Assembly: GCA_951406725.2 (NCBI GenBank)
Contig: OX597821.1
Coordinates: 94,612,001 to 94,676,000 of the forward strand
Reading direction: 5' to 3'
Origin: Octopus vulgaris
Taxonomy: Eukaryota
DNA length: 64,000 bases
Shown: positions 41,812 through 55,534 of the stretch, piece after piece
Numbering within the stretch: the first letter of the stretch is position 1
Layout of the letters: every line of letters begins with the position of its first letter
Notes under the pieces: generated by a model
What the model was told of the DNA's origin: nothing
Databases searched by the model: none
The model's input: only the letters and a program-made list of their open reading frames with translations
Program-made: the position numbers and the translations under genes

Positions 41812-42160
41812 CGGTGGTTCTTAACCGTGGTCCATATGGCCCCTCAGAGGGTCTATATAAGATTTTGCGAGGTCCACCCAACAAATTAGTAAATTGGGAG
41901 TCCGCAATAGTATTTTAAGCACCCTTGAAAAAATTTTGCTTCAGATGTAATTAGTACGTATTGCAAGAAACAGCTAGGGGTCCTTTCTCTAACATTTTAC
42001 ATAGTTCAAACTACACAGGTTGAACTGTGTGAATAACAAAATAAGAATTTTGAAAGAAGTTTCTATAAAACTAGGTTTTTAAATCTCGGGGGGTCCACCG
42101 GAATAAAATAGTAATCAAAGGGGTCCATTGATTAAAAAAAAAATGGTTGAGAAAACCCTG
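41812..42160. mobile_element. hAT (Charlie-like) MITE
   Basis: TIRs cggtggttcttaacc / ggttgagaaaaccctg (consensus CAGTGGTTCTCAACC). 8-bp TSD atctaaat / atttaaat with central TA. Related fragment at about 61520-61637. Confidence 0.85.
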
Positions 42161-43573
42161 ATTTAAATCATGAGATTTTCTTTCCCTCAGACGCGGACAC
42201 ATACACACAAACACAAATATATATATATGATAAATAAATTATGAAAAGCGGGAACTTTTACTTCTAATGAGTTAATAAAAGATCTTGTCAAATTATTATA
42301 CCTGCCTAAAGCAAATCACCTGATGTCATTCAAGTATCGTGGACAGATGTTTGCAAAAGTGTGTGTGTGAGTGTATGTGTGTATGTATGTAGCGATTATA
42401 CATCAGTAGCGTTTCCTCCATGAATACAATGCATTTGATTTAATTATCTTTCATTTTAATGAGAGACAGATTGAAACTATGCACAAACAACCTGCACCTC
42501 ACTTGAATGATATGGGTTTGATATTTTCTTTTTAATTTGTAAGCTTTATCTTCTAGTACTATGTATTATAGCGCCTGGTATACACTCACACATACACACA
42601 AACAGGCACAGTGCGTGTATATCGTATGGATGCATCTTTGTTTGTATACATGTGTGTGCACTGCAAGATTCTCGAAACCTCTTTTATTAATTATTGCAGA
42701 TACTGTGGCTCATTCTGCAAACAAAAATACACACGCTGGTTGTAGATGACTTCTTTATAGTTAGCTAATTAATTAATTCCTAAATTATTGATGACTTAAT
42801 TTGTCAACGTCTTTCATTCTTTCACCACATAACTAAAGGCTTTTGTTATATCCTTTCCTTCTTTCTGCAGAATGAGGAACATCTAACATGCCACAGCAGT
42901 TTAAAAGAGAAAGACATTGACAAACATAATCTACTACAAATAAATTCATTGAATAATTTGTAAGGTGAAATACAACCGGTGTGTTTTTATTAGCAGTATG
43001 ACCCAACCAATGTACAAGTGTGTGTGTGTGCGTGTGTGATAGTTACAATGACTGATTCGCATAAACAGCTCTCTGAGCGGTTCAGCAATAGTTGAGGCCT
43101 CTGATAGGATTTTCACTAAGATGACAACCATCTGTTGGTCTAGACAGATATATTAATATCTCTGACCTGAATGCTTCTTTCTTATGCTCCTTTCTTTCAT
43201 TCTCGCCGATACACGTAGGCGATAGAAACAATGACTTACATGCAGATGACATAGTTATATATATAAATATACGCAATAAATGTATATGCAATACGATATA
43301 TACCCATTGACAACTGATAGACACAGTAAGACAAAGTGATACATACATACATACATACACACACACACGTATCTTTTTTTTTTTTTCATCATATTGAACC
43401 GTTAATCCTTTCACATTTATTTTCCTCTCTCCTTTTTTCCTCTTAATCCTCTCTGTCGAAGAGCGTAGACTCGAAATGTAAAAGACTTTTCCATTCTTTG
43501 CCGAGTGTTAAACTTAATACACCTGCTTGTTGTTCCTACACCTTATCTTTGTCTTTTGTTTTCTGTAAATTTG

Positions 43574-43610
<37 letters not shown>

Positions 43611-44366
43611 ATACACATACATACATGCAGACAAAGAAAACTGAAAAATACTGACATACTAACAAATGCCGCCACACGCGGCACAATATTTCCTAAAGAA
43701 CTCTCTCCAAGACATTTTGTCTCAGAAACTCATCGATCACAGATAAGCAACGATTGTCTTGTAATCACAAAGCTTTACTCTGGTTTCTTCAATACTAAAA
43801 TGATGTGAGGCATATAGTGCTCTGGATAAGGACGCTAGTTTATAGGGAAATAACATTTTCCTAATAAGGCTATGGCAATCTTAGCCTCCTTTGTTGCTTG
43901 TACCAGAGAGACTATAGTTGTACTCTGGCGATGAATGTCTGATGGGAAAGGGTTAATAAATAAATGCTTGTTGCCAATATTGTGTTTGTATAAGTAAACG
44001 AATCTGAAGACCCGGTTTTCGTTTTCACAGCATTGTTTAATAATACAATAAATAAAGGCTGATAAAGATGTTGTAATTCTAAGTGTATCAGACAGATAAA
44101 ATGTATTGGAATAAAGATACAGAGAAGTGGGGAGTAGTCAATGGGAGACTATAGGGTGGGTATGTTAGATAGATAACAGGTTAAATATTATAGTAATCTT
44201 TCGGTAAAAGTCGATGACGTCTTGAGTGAGTGTATGTGTGACATTGTGGAATAGTCAAACACTCGACTGAGTGGAATAGTCAAACACTCGGGCGCGCACA
44301 CACTCACTCAAACTGACGTCATATACAAATACCGAAGAATTGTGTATTTTTGTTATATCATATTAC

Positions 44367-44408
<42 letters not shown>

Positions 44409-45700
44409 TGTGTGTGTGTGTGTGTTATATCATGTTCTATAAAGATATACAAGTATATAGAGAGACAGAAAGATTACAGGTAAAGTCTGGGTGAAATGAA
44501 CGTCCCAGTTTGGTGAACAGAGAGAGAGAGCAAAGATCGAATCCTGCCCTCTCATCAGAGTGAATCTAATTTTCAAAGAAGTGTACTCAGATATTTTGAA
44601 GTTTCTAATCACACACTTGCACCATTCCAAACAAGAATATTTCCTAATTTAATCGATGTTTTCAGTTTTACCTCGGCGACGGTGGCGATGTGCTTGTGTG
44701 CGTGCCTGTACTAGGCTTAGCCGTGAGGTTATACCTATTGCACATGCACATACAGGAATATACATACATGCACAAAAATACACATATAAATCACAATAAA
44801 TTACATATACATAAGCGATTCACCTGAAAAAGAAATTAAATTTAAAAATTCTTACAGAAATTACCGAATACATACTTTCAGTTTTGATATACTTTCTCCG
44901 AAAGATTGCCACAGACATTATACACACACACGTATGTAAACATACACACATGTATATATATATATGATACTAATCCCGGTGATCTACGGTAATGTGCGAA
45001 CGTTGAATACATTTCTTTTTTACCCCTTCCCCGCCACATACACACACAACACATGCTTCACTTCCCTCACGTATTGACATACGCACCATTCCGTCTATCC
45101 TCATATGACTCTTGCCATTAAACGTTATAGACTGAACATACCTTTATCATAGGCCTGCTCGATCACGGCTAACCAAGGGCTAAATAACGATAACAAAATG
45201 CAGAGGGAGAAGATGCGATCTAGCGAAGAAACCTTTTAGTAGTTGCATTCGGTGAATTAAAAATCTTAAATGCTGCAGACAAGAGTTTCTTATACATAAA
45301 GAAAATATGAGATGGTCACTTTTGGAACGCCTCTGATCATATATCGGCTTGAATAGTGTTGACTGTCATGAGGCTGAACTCTACCTTTGAGAGTGCGGAG
45401 ATCATCACATGCCGATAATATTTTATGCCTGTATACTGTGTGAAACTTAATATGTTGTGTGTATACAACGAACACACATATTACACAACATAAATATTAA
45501 TTAAGGTAGATAAGAAATTTCAGTTTAAATCTTGAAAAAGCTGTTTTGTTCTTCAAGGTTTGATGGAAAAACATGCCAAATTCGTTCGCACACATACATA
45601 GACAGACAGATATCACCGTCTTCAAATATGCGTGTTCTTGTGTTGTAAAAACCCTAATGGTGTTAACTGTGAATGGAAGAATATATATATACAAACTTAC

Positions 45701-45970
45701 CATTTCCCTTCGTAATTGTTCCATAGCGATGTCTATTGTGGTCTTCTTGCGAACACGATGGTTATTAGCACCGCTTGAGTTAGAACCGGTGTCACTTTTG
45801 TCGAAATTTGAATCACACTCGAGTTTCTTGCGAGCGATTTCTGCTGCTTTAATCCTCGATCGATAAAATTCTCGACAGGCATTCGATAATTCGATAGATG
45901 CCGTGTATTTGTCGTCCGAAATTTGAAACAATGTGGCGGTGTTTGTGTCTGATGTCGCTGTAGATTCCAT
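45701..45970 (-). CDS. LURAP1: LURAP1/FAM89-family leucine-rich adaptor protein, coding exon 1 (90 aa)
   Basis: ATG at 45970 gives MESTATS...KTTIDIAMEQLRREM, followed directly by a consensus donor GTAAGT (plus strand acttac 45695-45700), phase 0. 'IDIAMEQLRREM' resembles the first helix of the LURAP domain (FAM89-type LDAALAMLRKEM). Family assignment is from recalled motifs; exact orthology (LURAP1, LURAP1L or FAM89) is unresolved. Confidence 0.85.
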
Positions 45971-46899
45971 TTCGATTAATTTCTTCTTTCTCTCTCGTTA
46001 CTTATAGTTATTATATTGCTTTAATATATCTTGTATGTATATATATAAAAAGAACGGGTAACAAATTTTAAGTCTTTAACCGGATGACTTTTTTTAAATA
46101 TATTTTTCACAAATTTAACAACACCTGGTCACCACTAAATATTTTGGTGATTAGCAACAGGTAAAAATGATTTAAAAATTTTTCTCTGATGTTATTTATA
46201 TATCATCAATATAGCAATACAGTAGCGAATATCTGGAATATTTACGGTGAAATCGTTGGGCGGCGTCGTCCATGAATTTAATCAAACGCTATAATTATTA
46301 TTCTTGGAAAGAAATAATTAATTAATGGAAATTAATATTTCAAAATAAACCGATCGAGGTTAAAAGACGATAAAAGAATGGTTTGTAAAGAAAATACGAG
46401 TAGGAGCAGGTATTTGGTTCGATGGGCTATAAAGAAGTCCGTGTCTTGAAGAATGCTGATATCAATAATTAGACGAATCCGTGGAAATATAGTTATTGGA
46501 TGAAAGAAAATACAGAGATGTTATATGTTTATATTCATATATGGATATAAATCCTCTGTTTCCAATGAAAAGTTCAATTAAAAGTTTAAACAAATATATT
46601 TATAGCAGTTAATAAATTTGCTATGTTTTATATGTATACACATATATATATTATATATATATATTAAGTCCGTAATAATACAACTGCGGGATAGCAAGAT
46701 TCCTTATTATTATTATTTTTCATTCACTTGAGTAAAAAAATGTTGCCTGCCTGTAAACGGTATATGTGTAAAAAAAAAACCAAGAGTGGCAGCTTATTGA
46801 AGAGACAACTGTTGGTCTCTACGAAGTCAACGTATAGAATGAAGCCAGCCGGGTAGGTACGACTACAATATAGTCGAAACAAAACGAATGTGTCAAAAA

Positions 46900-47000
46900 A
46901 TAATCTACACACTACGTCAGTTCTCCTACCACCTCTTACTATCACTCCTCACTGCTGAACGGGCACCGCTTGGTAGTACTTGTTCTATAACACTTCCCCC
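46900..47000 (-). promoter_or_regulatory. Possible core promoter of the LURAP1-like gene
   Basis: Minus-strand TTATAGAA (about 46990-46983) with an Inr-like TCAGCAGT about 30-35 nt downstream, at the edge of the unique sequence upstream of the ATG. Speculative. Confidence 0.25.
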
Positions 47001-47076
47001 TATAGTGGATGATAACAACAACTAGCAGCAGTTGTGGTTGTAGTATAAGGTAGAAGGAGTGAGAGAAGTAGCAGTT

Positions 47077-47108
<32 letters not shown>

Positions 47109-47410
47109 TGTAGTTTTTGCTGTGCTATTGCTGCAGTCGTAGACATAGTGGTGGAGGTAATAATCTTTGGAGGTGGTAGTACGGGGGGGGGGGGGGGAAG
47201 AAGAGACGTAGGAAGAGGTGAAGGTAATTAAACAGAGAAAGACGGACACATGCATTCTCTCTCTCTATCTCTCTCTCACACACACACACACACAAGCACA
47301 CACACCAAACGGACACATACATACACACTATAGCTAATATATACATAGTGTTTACACACACACACACATATACATTTATATATGTATGTGCTTGTGCGTG
47401 CGTATATATA

Positions 47411-47452
<42 letters not shown>

Positions 47453-47989
47453 ATTATGTACACACAGTAGAATTAGATATAAATATTTATATTTAATTCG
47501 GTTTTTCTTAGTAGTAGTAGTAGTAGTAGTAGTAGAAGTAGTAGTAGTAGTAGTGGCGGTAATGGTGGTGGCGGTGGTAACAGCTGTTGGGTAGAAGGTG
47601 TTAAAAGCTCTCAAGAGAGTAGAAAAAAAGTGAAATTGTATTGAAATAAATGTAAGGAAGATAATTAGCCGAAGTCAGACCGACTAAAGATAGACTAAAG
47701 ACACACACACAGACACACACACACACGCACTCACACACACACGCACTCACGCATGCACACACGCACGCATGCACGCACGCACGCACACAAAGACTCACAA
47801 ATTGGTGGAGTTTATAGAGGAATTTATTTATGTCTTTTAATAGGTTGTTTGCTGGTCTTGTTTGGAGTGTTTGTCTTCGAAAAGTATTTGTGTTCCAACT
47901 GGGAATCGAAAGGAGATCATTTTACTCTGCACAATATATTTTATTATAGCCAGAATAGTTGGTTTGTGAATTGGTTATCTTGCTCGGAT

Positions 47990-48109
47990 GAATGGATGGA
48001 TGGATAGATGGATAGATGGATGGATGGATGGATGGCTAGACTTATCACTTGATAAGTGAATGATAGGCATATAGACAGGCAGACAAGCAGGCAGAAAATA
48101 AGATCGATC

Positions 48110-48184
<75 letters not shown>

Positions 48185-48205
48185 CGACAGATAGATAAAT
48201 AAAAT

Positions 48206-48267
<62 letters not shown>

Positions 48268-48305
48268 CAGATAAATAGATTGATTGATTGATAGATGGAT
48301 GGATG

Positions 48306-48349
<44 letters not shown>

Positions 48350-48436
48350 GATAGATAGATAGATAGGCAGTCAAGCGGACAATCAGACAGACAGACTAGC
48401 AGGCAGACAAGCAGGCAGACAGACAGACAGACAGAC

Positions 48437-48502
<66 letters not shown>

Positions 48503-48610
48503 GTACCAAGTAGGTTGGTATGTATGTAGGTAGGAAGCTAGACACATGTGTCGGCAGATAGCTACCTACGAAGCTACCTGCCCAGCTAGCTAGGTAGTTA
48601 GGTAGATAGA
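47990..48610. repeat. (GATA)n/(GACA)n/(GATG)n tetranucleotide microsatellite complex
   Basis: Direct inspection. Similar tracts at 54385-54600 and 55860-56610. Confidence 0.95.
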
Positions 48611-48980
48611 CATACCAAGAACGGGTGGGTGGATTTCTCATTCGCGTTTGGTAAATACGATAAGGGCGGGAAGAGCCAAAATAACAATCATCATATTAAC
48701 AAAAGCTGACAGACAGTTTTTTAACAGCACCCCCCCCAACCTGCCGTTTTCACTCACTTTAAACATTCTACTTAGCTACGGTGCAACGGATTTAATACAG
48801 AAAGAAAATAAATAAAAAAATAAATGAAAGCCCGCTGCACACACGCACGTATGTCATTTGTATAGTTTCGCTGATAAACTGAGATCGTGCCACATGCCAA
48901 CACACAGACGAACACACAGACACAGAGCTAGACAAACAGCATTAAATGTTTATAAGAAACAGCAACAATGGACTCTGTAA

Positions 48981-49012
<32 letters not shown>

Positions 49013-49334
49013 ATGTACGTGCGTCTGCGCGCGCGTGTGTGTATGTGCGTGTGTGTATGTGCGTGTGTGTATGTGTGTGTGTGTGTGTATGTGTGTGTGT
49101 ATGTGTGTGTGTGTGTCTGTCTGTGTCTGTGTGTGTCTGTGTGTTCATGAATACATAAAAATGATTTTGTGTTTTCAGTTTATCACGATGTAAAGAGAAG
49201 CAGTTTCCCGATGTAAACGTAACTATATATACATGTGCGTGTATATGTATGCATAGTACGAAAGCATGAACATATGTATACGCATCCACCAGTTTATATA
49301 TATGTGTGTGTGTGTGCGCATATACATAAAGATG

Positions 49335-49405
<71 letters not shown>

Positions 49406-49446
49406 GTGTGTGTGTGTGTGTGTGTGCGCGCATATATATAAAGATG

Positions 49447-49501
<55 letters not shown>

Positions 49502-49953
49502 GTGTGTGTGTGTGAGTGTGTGTGTGCGCATATACATAAAGATGTATTTACATATATCTATATATCTGTGTGTGTGCGTGCGTGTGTGTCTTTGTATCAG
49601 TTTGTCACCCACTACCATCGCTTGACAACCGAGGTTGCTGTGTTTACGTTCACGTGACATAGCTGTTCGGCAAAAGATACCGATAATACTAGGTAGCAGG
49701 CTTTAAAAAAATAAGTATTGGAGTCGATCCGGCAAAAAAATTCTTCAGAGGTGGTATCCCAGCATGCCCGCTGTTTAATGACTAAAAGTACGCATACGTG
49801 TGTGTGTGTGTGTGTGTGTGCCTGTGTGTGTGTGTGTGTGCGTAGGGGTGTGCGTATTAAGATTAGATAAGGCCGGTTTATGGGATTACCTTAGGTTTAA
49901 CGTCCATAAAGGGTTCCGCTTTATGGCGTATCATCAAATCCCCAAACCTATTT

Positions 49954-50016
<63 letters not shown>

Positions 50017-50017
50017 T

Positions 50018-50250
50018 CTGTAAACGTAATGTGTGACAATTATTTGGTAGCCATGATAAAACTCCGAGTTTCGGATGTCGAGATGGAAATCCACGCCGAC
50101 ACATCTTCAGATTTCCACTCCGACATCCGAAATTCGGAGTTTTATCATGACTACCGAATAATTGTCACATATTACAATTACAGATAAATTCCTGCATTTA
50201 CACAATATCGAGGTATCTTTCATTCCTTTGTTGTCTTACCATTTCTATCA
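50018..50250. mobile_element. Penelope-like hairpin fragment with hammerhead-like core
   Basis: 74-bp imperfect arms at 50018-50091 and 50110-50183, next to (TA)n. Minus strand CTGAAGA(50110-50104)...GAAA ctcggag TT. Confidence 0.65.
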
Positions 50251-50420
<170 letters not shown>

Positions 50421-50431
50421 CATTATTATTA

Positions 50432-50741
50432 TAGGGAGTATAACTCCAAACTTAGATGGAAAAATTCAATTTAGTATTAAATCAAATTTCACAAAATATA
50501 TATATATATAAATATAAATTATAGATAAAACCACTATTATGCAACTCAAACAGTGATAGACATAAACCTAAACATAAATAACAAATAAGATATATTTTTA
50601 TAAAACATATAACAAGATCTCAAAAAGTATAAAAAGGAATGAGCAATATATATGTAAAAAATATATTTTACTTATCTATGTTTTGGTTTATGTCTATCAC
50701 TATTTGAGTTGCATAATAGTGGTTTTATCTTTAATTTATAT

Positions 50742-50745
<4 letters not shown>
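50432..50745. mobile_element. AT-rich inverted-repeat element related to 55180-55395
   Basis: Arms about 50511-50580 and 50674-50742 (ataaaaccactattatgcaactcaaa / tttgagttgcataatagtggttttat). End sequences are shared with 55180-55395. Confidence 0.7.
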
Positions 50746-50786
<41 letters not shown>

Positions 50787-50814
50787 ATGGAGTCTCCTGT
50801 TGAAGGTGACATAT

Positions 50815-51078
50815 AAGTACTCAGCCTTTGCCGAGCTACCTGCATAAATGACTTGTTTCATAGTGATAAAATGCATGTATGGTACATTATCGCACTCCCT
50901 CCATCAAATAAACGTTGCTTGAACAGGTGCACGGTGTACAACGCGCCAGGTGTCGACGTGATCACGGAGCAACGTGATATGAAGTGTATTGCTCAAGAAC
51001 ACAAGACACCGCCCGGTCTAGGAATTGAAACCACGATCTCGCGCGCAGCACCCTAAGCATTAGGCCATGCGTCCTCAT
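50815..51078 (-). mobile_element. tRNA-derived SINE, family-C-related head with a different body
   Basis: Minus strand gaggacgcatggcctaatgcttaggg...ggtttcaattcctagaccgggcgg...gttcttgagcaatacactt. Confidence 0.65.
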
Positions 51079-51177
51079 GTATGTATGTATGTATGTATGT
51101 ATGTATGTATGTATGTATGTATGTATGTATGTACGTACCTATATATGTGTGTATACACACATACGTATATTACATAT

Positions 51178-51492
51178 GTGGAGGCACAATGGCCCAGTGG
51201 TTAGGGCAGCGGACTCGCGGTCGTAGGGTCGAGGTTTCGATTCCCAGACCGGGCGTTGTGAGTGTTTATTGAGCAAAAACACCTAAAGCTCCACGAAGCT
51301 CCGGCAGGGGGTGTTGGCGATCCCCGCTGTACTCTTACGCCACAACTTTCTCTCACTCTTTCTTCTGTTGGCCTGCTCGCTTAGCCAGCAGGGTGGCGTC
51401 ATTTGAAGGCTAAAACAATGCGAAACGCATTGTGACCAGCGATGTGTAGCAACATCTGATAGCCTGGTCGGTCACGTGTCGTGACGTGACGT
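51178..51492 (+). mobile_element. SINE family C head with an alternative 3' tail
   Basis: Head matches family C up to actttctctcactctttctt, then diverges into a unique tail ending in (cgtga)-like repeats. Confidence 0.8.
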
Positions 51493-52168
51493 GGTATATA
51501 TGTGTGTGCATAGCCTCTTAGCTGCATTGAAGGTTATAAGGCAATTCAATGCACTTGGCCCTAAAATAATAATCATTGACAGCAAGGCAAAGCGTACATA
51601 AATCAGTATTGGGCCTCGAGACCGTGGACCCCTGGGCAACTCCCCAATATGCCCATACCTTATGACACCACTGTGTGTGTGTGTACGCGTGCGCGAGCGG
51701 TTGCGTATGTGTGCATGTGTGTATAAAACCCACATTCATAAACGATACTATTTACAGCTATGTATGCTTGTTTCTGTTCTGTTTAGCCTTCACCCCTACT
51801 CGGCCCCGCTGACTAACCAGTTCTATGAATGAAGGCGCCCCGAGCACGACCATCCCATTATTTCTACAAGCATAACGTGTGTACTACTATATTATCACAT
51901 AGCCTGTTTACCACTACAAGTATAACGTGTATCTCTCCCTTTCAAGATGGAAAGGTGTAATTTGAGGGAGATTTCTCTGATCTTTCTTAACAATTCAGGT
52001 AAATATGTGAAAGGTTAATTCAAAGGCTCGAGGTGTATATACATAGAGATCGGTTTCACTTTTATAAGGTAAGATTGTCACAGGCGCGGGAGCACACACA
52101 CACGTATACCCGCACGTAGAAGCATATGCGTGTGTGAATGTGTATAAGACCTCGTTTATATGCATACA

Positions 52169-52204
<36 letters not shown>

Positions 52205-52244
52205 TGTATGTATGTATGTATGTATGTATGTATGTATGTATGTA

Positions 52245-52284
<40 letters not shown>

Positions 52285-52288
52285 GCTC

Positions 52289-52334
<46 letters not shown>

Positions 52335-52439
52335 GTGTGTGTGTGTGTGTGTCAGACTATGAATGATTAAATTACACCAGTTATTATAGTCCATTGTTGT
52401 TATTAGAGTGCATTGTTGTGCCATTCGAAACACATTATT

Positions 52440-52576
52440 TGTGTGGTAAGTAACTTGCTTACCAACCACTTGATTCTGGGCTCATTCCCACTGCGTGGCA
52501 CCTTTTACTATAGCCTCGGGCCAACCAAATCCTTGTGAGTGGATTCGGTAGACGGAAACTGAAGAAAGCCCGTCGG

Positions 52577-52654
<78 letters not shown>

Positions 52655-52771
52655 GAATAAATAAATGAATGGAGTTGAACGAAGATGTTAACAAAATTCC
52701 TTTACTCTCGACATATGTTTCGAAGACAACATGGTTTCATTCCAAAGGAATAAACGGTGCACGATGCAATC

Positions 52772-52825
<54 letters not shown>

Positions 52826-53054
52826 GTGTGTGTGTGTGTGCTTATGTTTGTGTGTCTGTGTTTGTCTCCCCAACATCGCTTGAGAACCAATGCTGGTGTG
52901 TTTACGTCCCCGTCACTTAGCGGTTCGGCAAAAGAGACCGATAGAATAAGTACTAGGCTTACAAAGAATAACTTCTGGGGTCGATTTGCCCGACTAAGGG
53001 CGATGCTCCAGCATGACCGCAGTCAAATAACTGAAACAAGTAAAAGAGTAAAAG

Positions 53055-53120
<66 letters not shown>

Positions 53121-53283
53121 TGTGCCTGTGTGTGTCTTTGTGTCTGTTTTCCCCCTCCCACCGCTTGACAACCGGTGTTGTTGTGTTTACGTCCCTGTAA
53201 CTAAGCGGTTCGGTATGAGAAACCAATAAAATAAGTACCAGGCTTAACAAGAAATAAGTCCTGTGGTCGATAAATTCGACTAA
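52440..53283 (+). mobile_element. SINE family B pieces (head 52440-52575, 3' halves 52850-53056 and 53125-53283)
   Basis: Matches to family B separated by (TA)n tracts. Confidence 0.8.
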
Positions 53284-53407
53284 AATGTCTTCACGGTCCA
53301 CTCAGCTAGCAAAAAGAAAAATGTAGTTGTACCTGTATTTCAAAGGACCGGCCTTGTCACATTCCGTGTCTCGCAACATAGAATGTGGTTGGGAAGCAAG
53401 CTTCTTA

Positions 53408-53834
53408 TTTCTTTACTGCCCACAAGGGGTTACACACAGAGGGGACAAACAAGGACAAACAAGGACATACAAACGGATTAAGTCGATTATATCGACCCCA
53501 GTGCGTAACTGGTACCTATTTAATCGACCCCCGAAAGAATGAAAGGCAAAAATCGACCTCGTCGGAATTTGAACTCAGAACGTAGCGGCAGACGAAATAC
53601 CTATTTCTTTACTACCCACAAGGGGCTAAACACAGAGAGAGTAAACAAGGACAAGCAAACGGATTAAGTCGATTATATCGACCCCAATGAGTGACTGGTA
53701 CTTATTTAATCGACCCCGAAATGATGAAAGGCAAAGTCGACCTCGGCGGAATTTGAACTCTGAACGTCACGGCAGACGAAATACCGCTAAATATTTCGCC
53801 CGGCGTGCTAACGTTTCTGCCAGCTCGCCGCCCT
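53408..53834 (-). mobile_element. Dimeric SINE family A nested in a family B head
   Basis: 15-bp TSD gaagcaagcttctta at 53393-53407 and 53837-53851. The empty site reconstitutes the reverse complement of the family B head (gtggttgggaagcaagcttcttaccacacagccac). Confidence 0.9.
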
Positions 53835-54289
53835 GAGAAGCAAGCTTCTTACCACACAGCCACACCTCTGACTAGATTTCTTAACTTCTAAATAATTTAG
53901 CAAATTTCTCCGAGAGAAATTTGCTAAATTATTCCATGTTATATACAATACATCATCTTTCATCCAAAATTCAAGTCATTTTCACCCTCCAAATAATTTG
54001 GTTATTCCTTTTGTGTTGGCCTAAAATACACGAAGCTGTTTTGGTCTACAAAAAATAAAAAAAACTTTCCACTGATTTGGAGACTTGACTAAATAAAGTG
54101 TGCTGATATAATGAGAAAGTTAATTCGACTGAAAGTATGTTCATAATTGTTTCTTGTCTGCAAGACAAAGATCAGACTGTTCTTTCTTTCAACAAGTAAA
54201 TTAACTTGACAAATTAATTCTTTAATTTCTTGAAAATATCAACTATTTCTCCCTTTCCTTTCAAGGTCACAAACGAATTGCGTTTGGAT

Positions 54290-54320
<31 letters not shown>

Positions 54321-54386
54321 TTTTTCTCCAGCTTAAAGAGAAATTTCAAATTATTGAGTAGGACATTCATTGCTTGACATTTCAGT

Positions 54387-54488
<102 letters not shown>

Positions 54489-54600
54489 GCCTGTCTGTCT
54501 GTCTGTCTGTCTGTCTGTCTGCCTTTCTGCCAGCCTGCCTAGATTATCTGTCCATCTCTCTCTCTGTATATACCTACGTGTCTGTTTATTTATCTATCTA

Positions 54601-54637
<37 letters not shown>

Positions 54638-54707
54638 TAATACAATTGTTTGTTTGTTTTCCACCTGCCTTCGTCTTTTGTCTATTTTCATAAAGCTTCC
54701 CGTTATC

Positions 54708-54748
<41 letters not shown>

Positions 54749-54763
54749 TATATATATATATAC

Positions 54764-54837
<74 letters not shown>

Positions 54838-55036
54838 TAATGGTGTCATTGAGACCCAAAGGTGTCAGATAATGCTCAATAAGTGCTATGGACAGAGTCC
54901 ATCCAAATGTAGAGTTTGTAAGCAATGTAAGATTCCCTTATGAGTGAGATCCAGTAGATTTTTAAACTTGGTCATTCCCAGTAGAGAATTTTATATCACA
55001 TCTAAACTAACTATGACTTGACTATCCTCTCATACC

Positions 55037-55088
55037 GTCTCCGATGAAGGGATGTAATTAATAAATATCCTAAAAACAGCTGTAAGAC
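55037..55088 (+). ncRNA. Degenerate type I hammerhead-like motif
   Basis: gtct CCGATGA a-gggatgt...atatcct-a AAAA cagctg TA agac. Stem I gtct/agac, palindromic stem III acagctgt, but the G of GAAA is mutated to A. Confidence 0.6.
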
Positions 55089-55262
55089 CTTCTATCTATA
55101 AATGCTCTAATATCTACACAGCCTTGGTTTTTTATCTTATTACGCAAACAATTCTTATATATATATATATATAATAATAAATATTAGGGAATGAATCCAA
55201 AATTACAGGGAAAAATTATATTAAATTATATTTTAAAATATTGATATTTTTAGATCGAAAAT

Positions 55263-55306
55263 CCACCTGAAGATTGTCGGTAGCAGACATGAAACAATTG
55301 TTGTGG
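55263..55306 (+). ncRNA. Minimal type I hammerhead ribozyme motif
   Basis: ccac CTGAAGA t-tgtc-ggtagca-gaca-t GAAA caattg TT gtgg. Stem I ccac/gtgg, intact core, palindromic stem III aacaattgtt, GUU triplet. Confidence 0.75.
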
Positions 55307-55390
55307 CGGTTTATTTAATTTATATTAAAATTTTATGTATTGATTAAGTCTTTTCTTGTTTGGTTTTAAAATAGTGGTTTTGTCTCGAAT

Positions 55391-55445
<55 letters not shown>

Positions 55446-55490
55446 GCAAGATTTTTATTGGCTAAACTGGCAAAATGACCATTCCTAAAT

Positions 55491-55534
<44 letters not shown>

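Noticed and set aside
45497-45700. C-terminal 67 aa of the 157-aa ORF 45497-45970
   Set aside because: Read-through past a consensus GTAAGT donor; the conserved domain continues in the exon at 15445 instead.
51178-51255. tRNA gene (also 60265-60341, 708-795, 22088-22155)
   Set aside because: These are tRNA-like A/B-box heads that continue into multi-copy SINE bodies with TSDs; no clean cloverleaf followed by a terminator.
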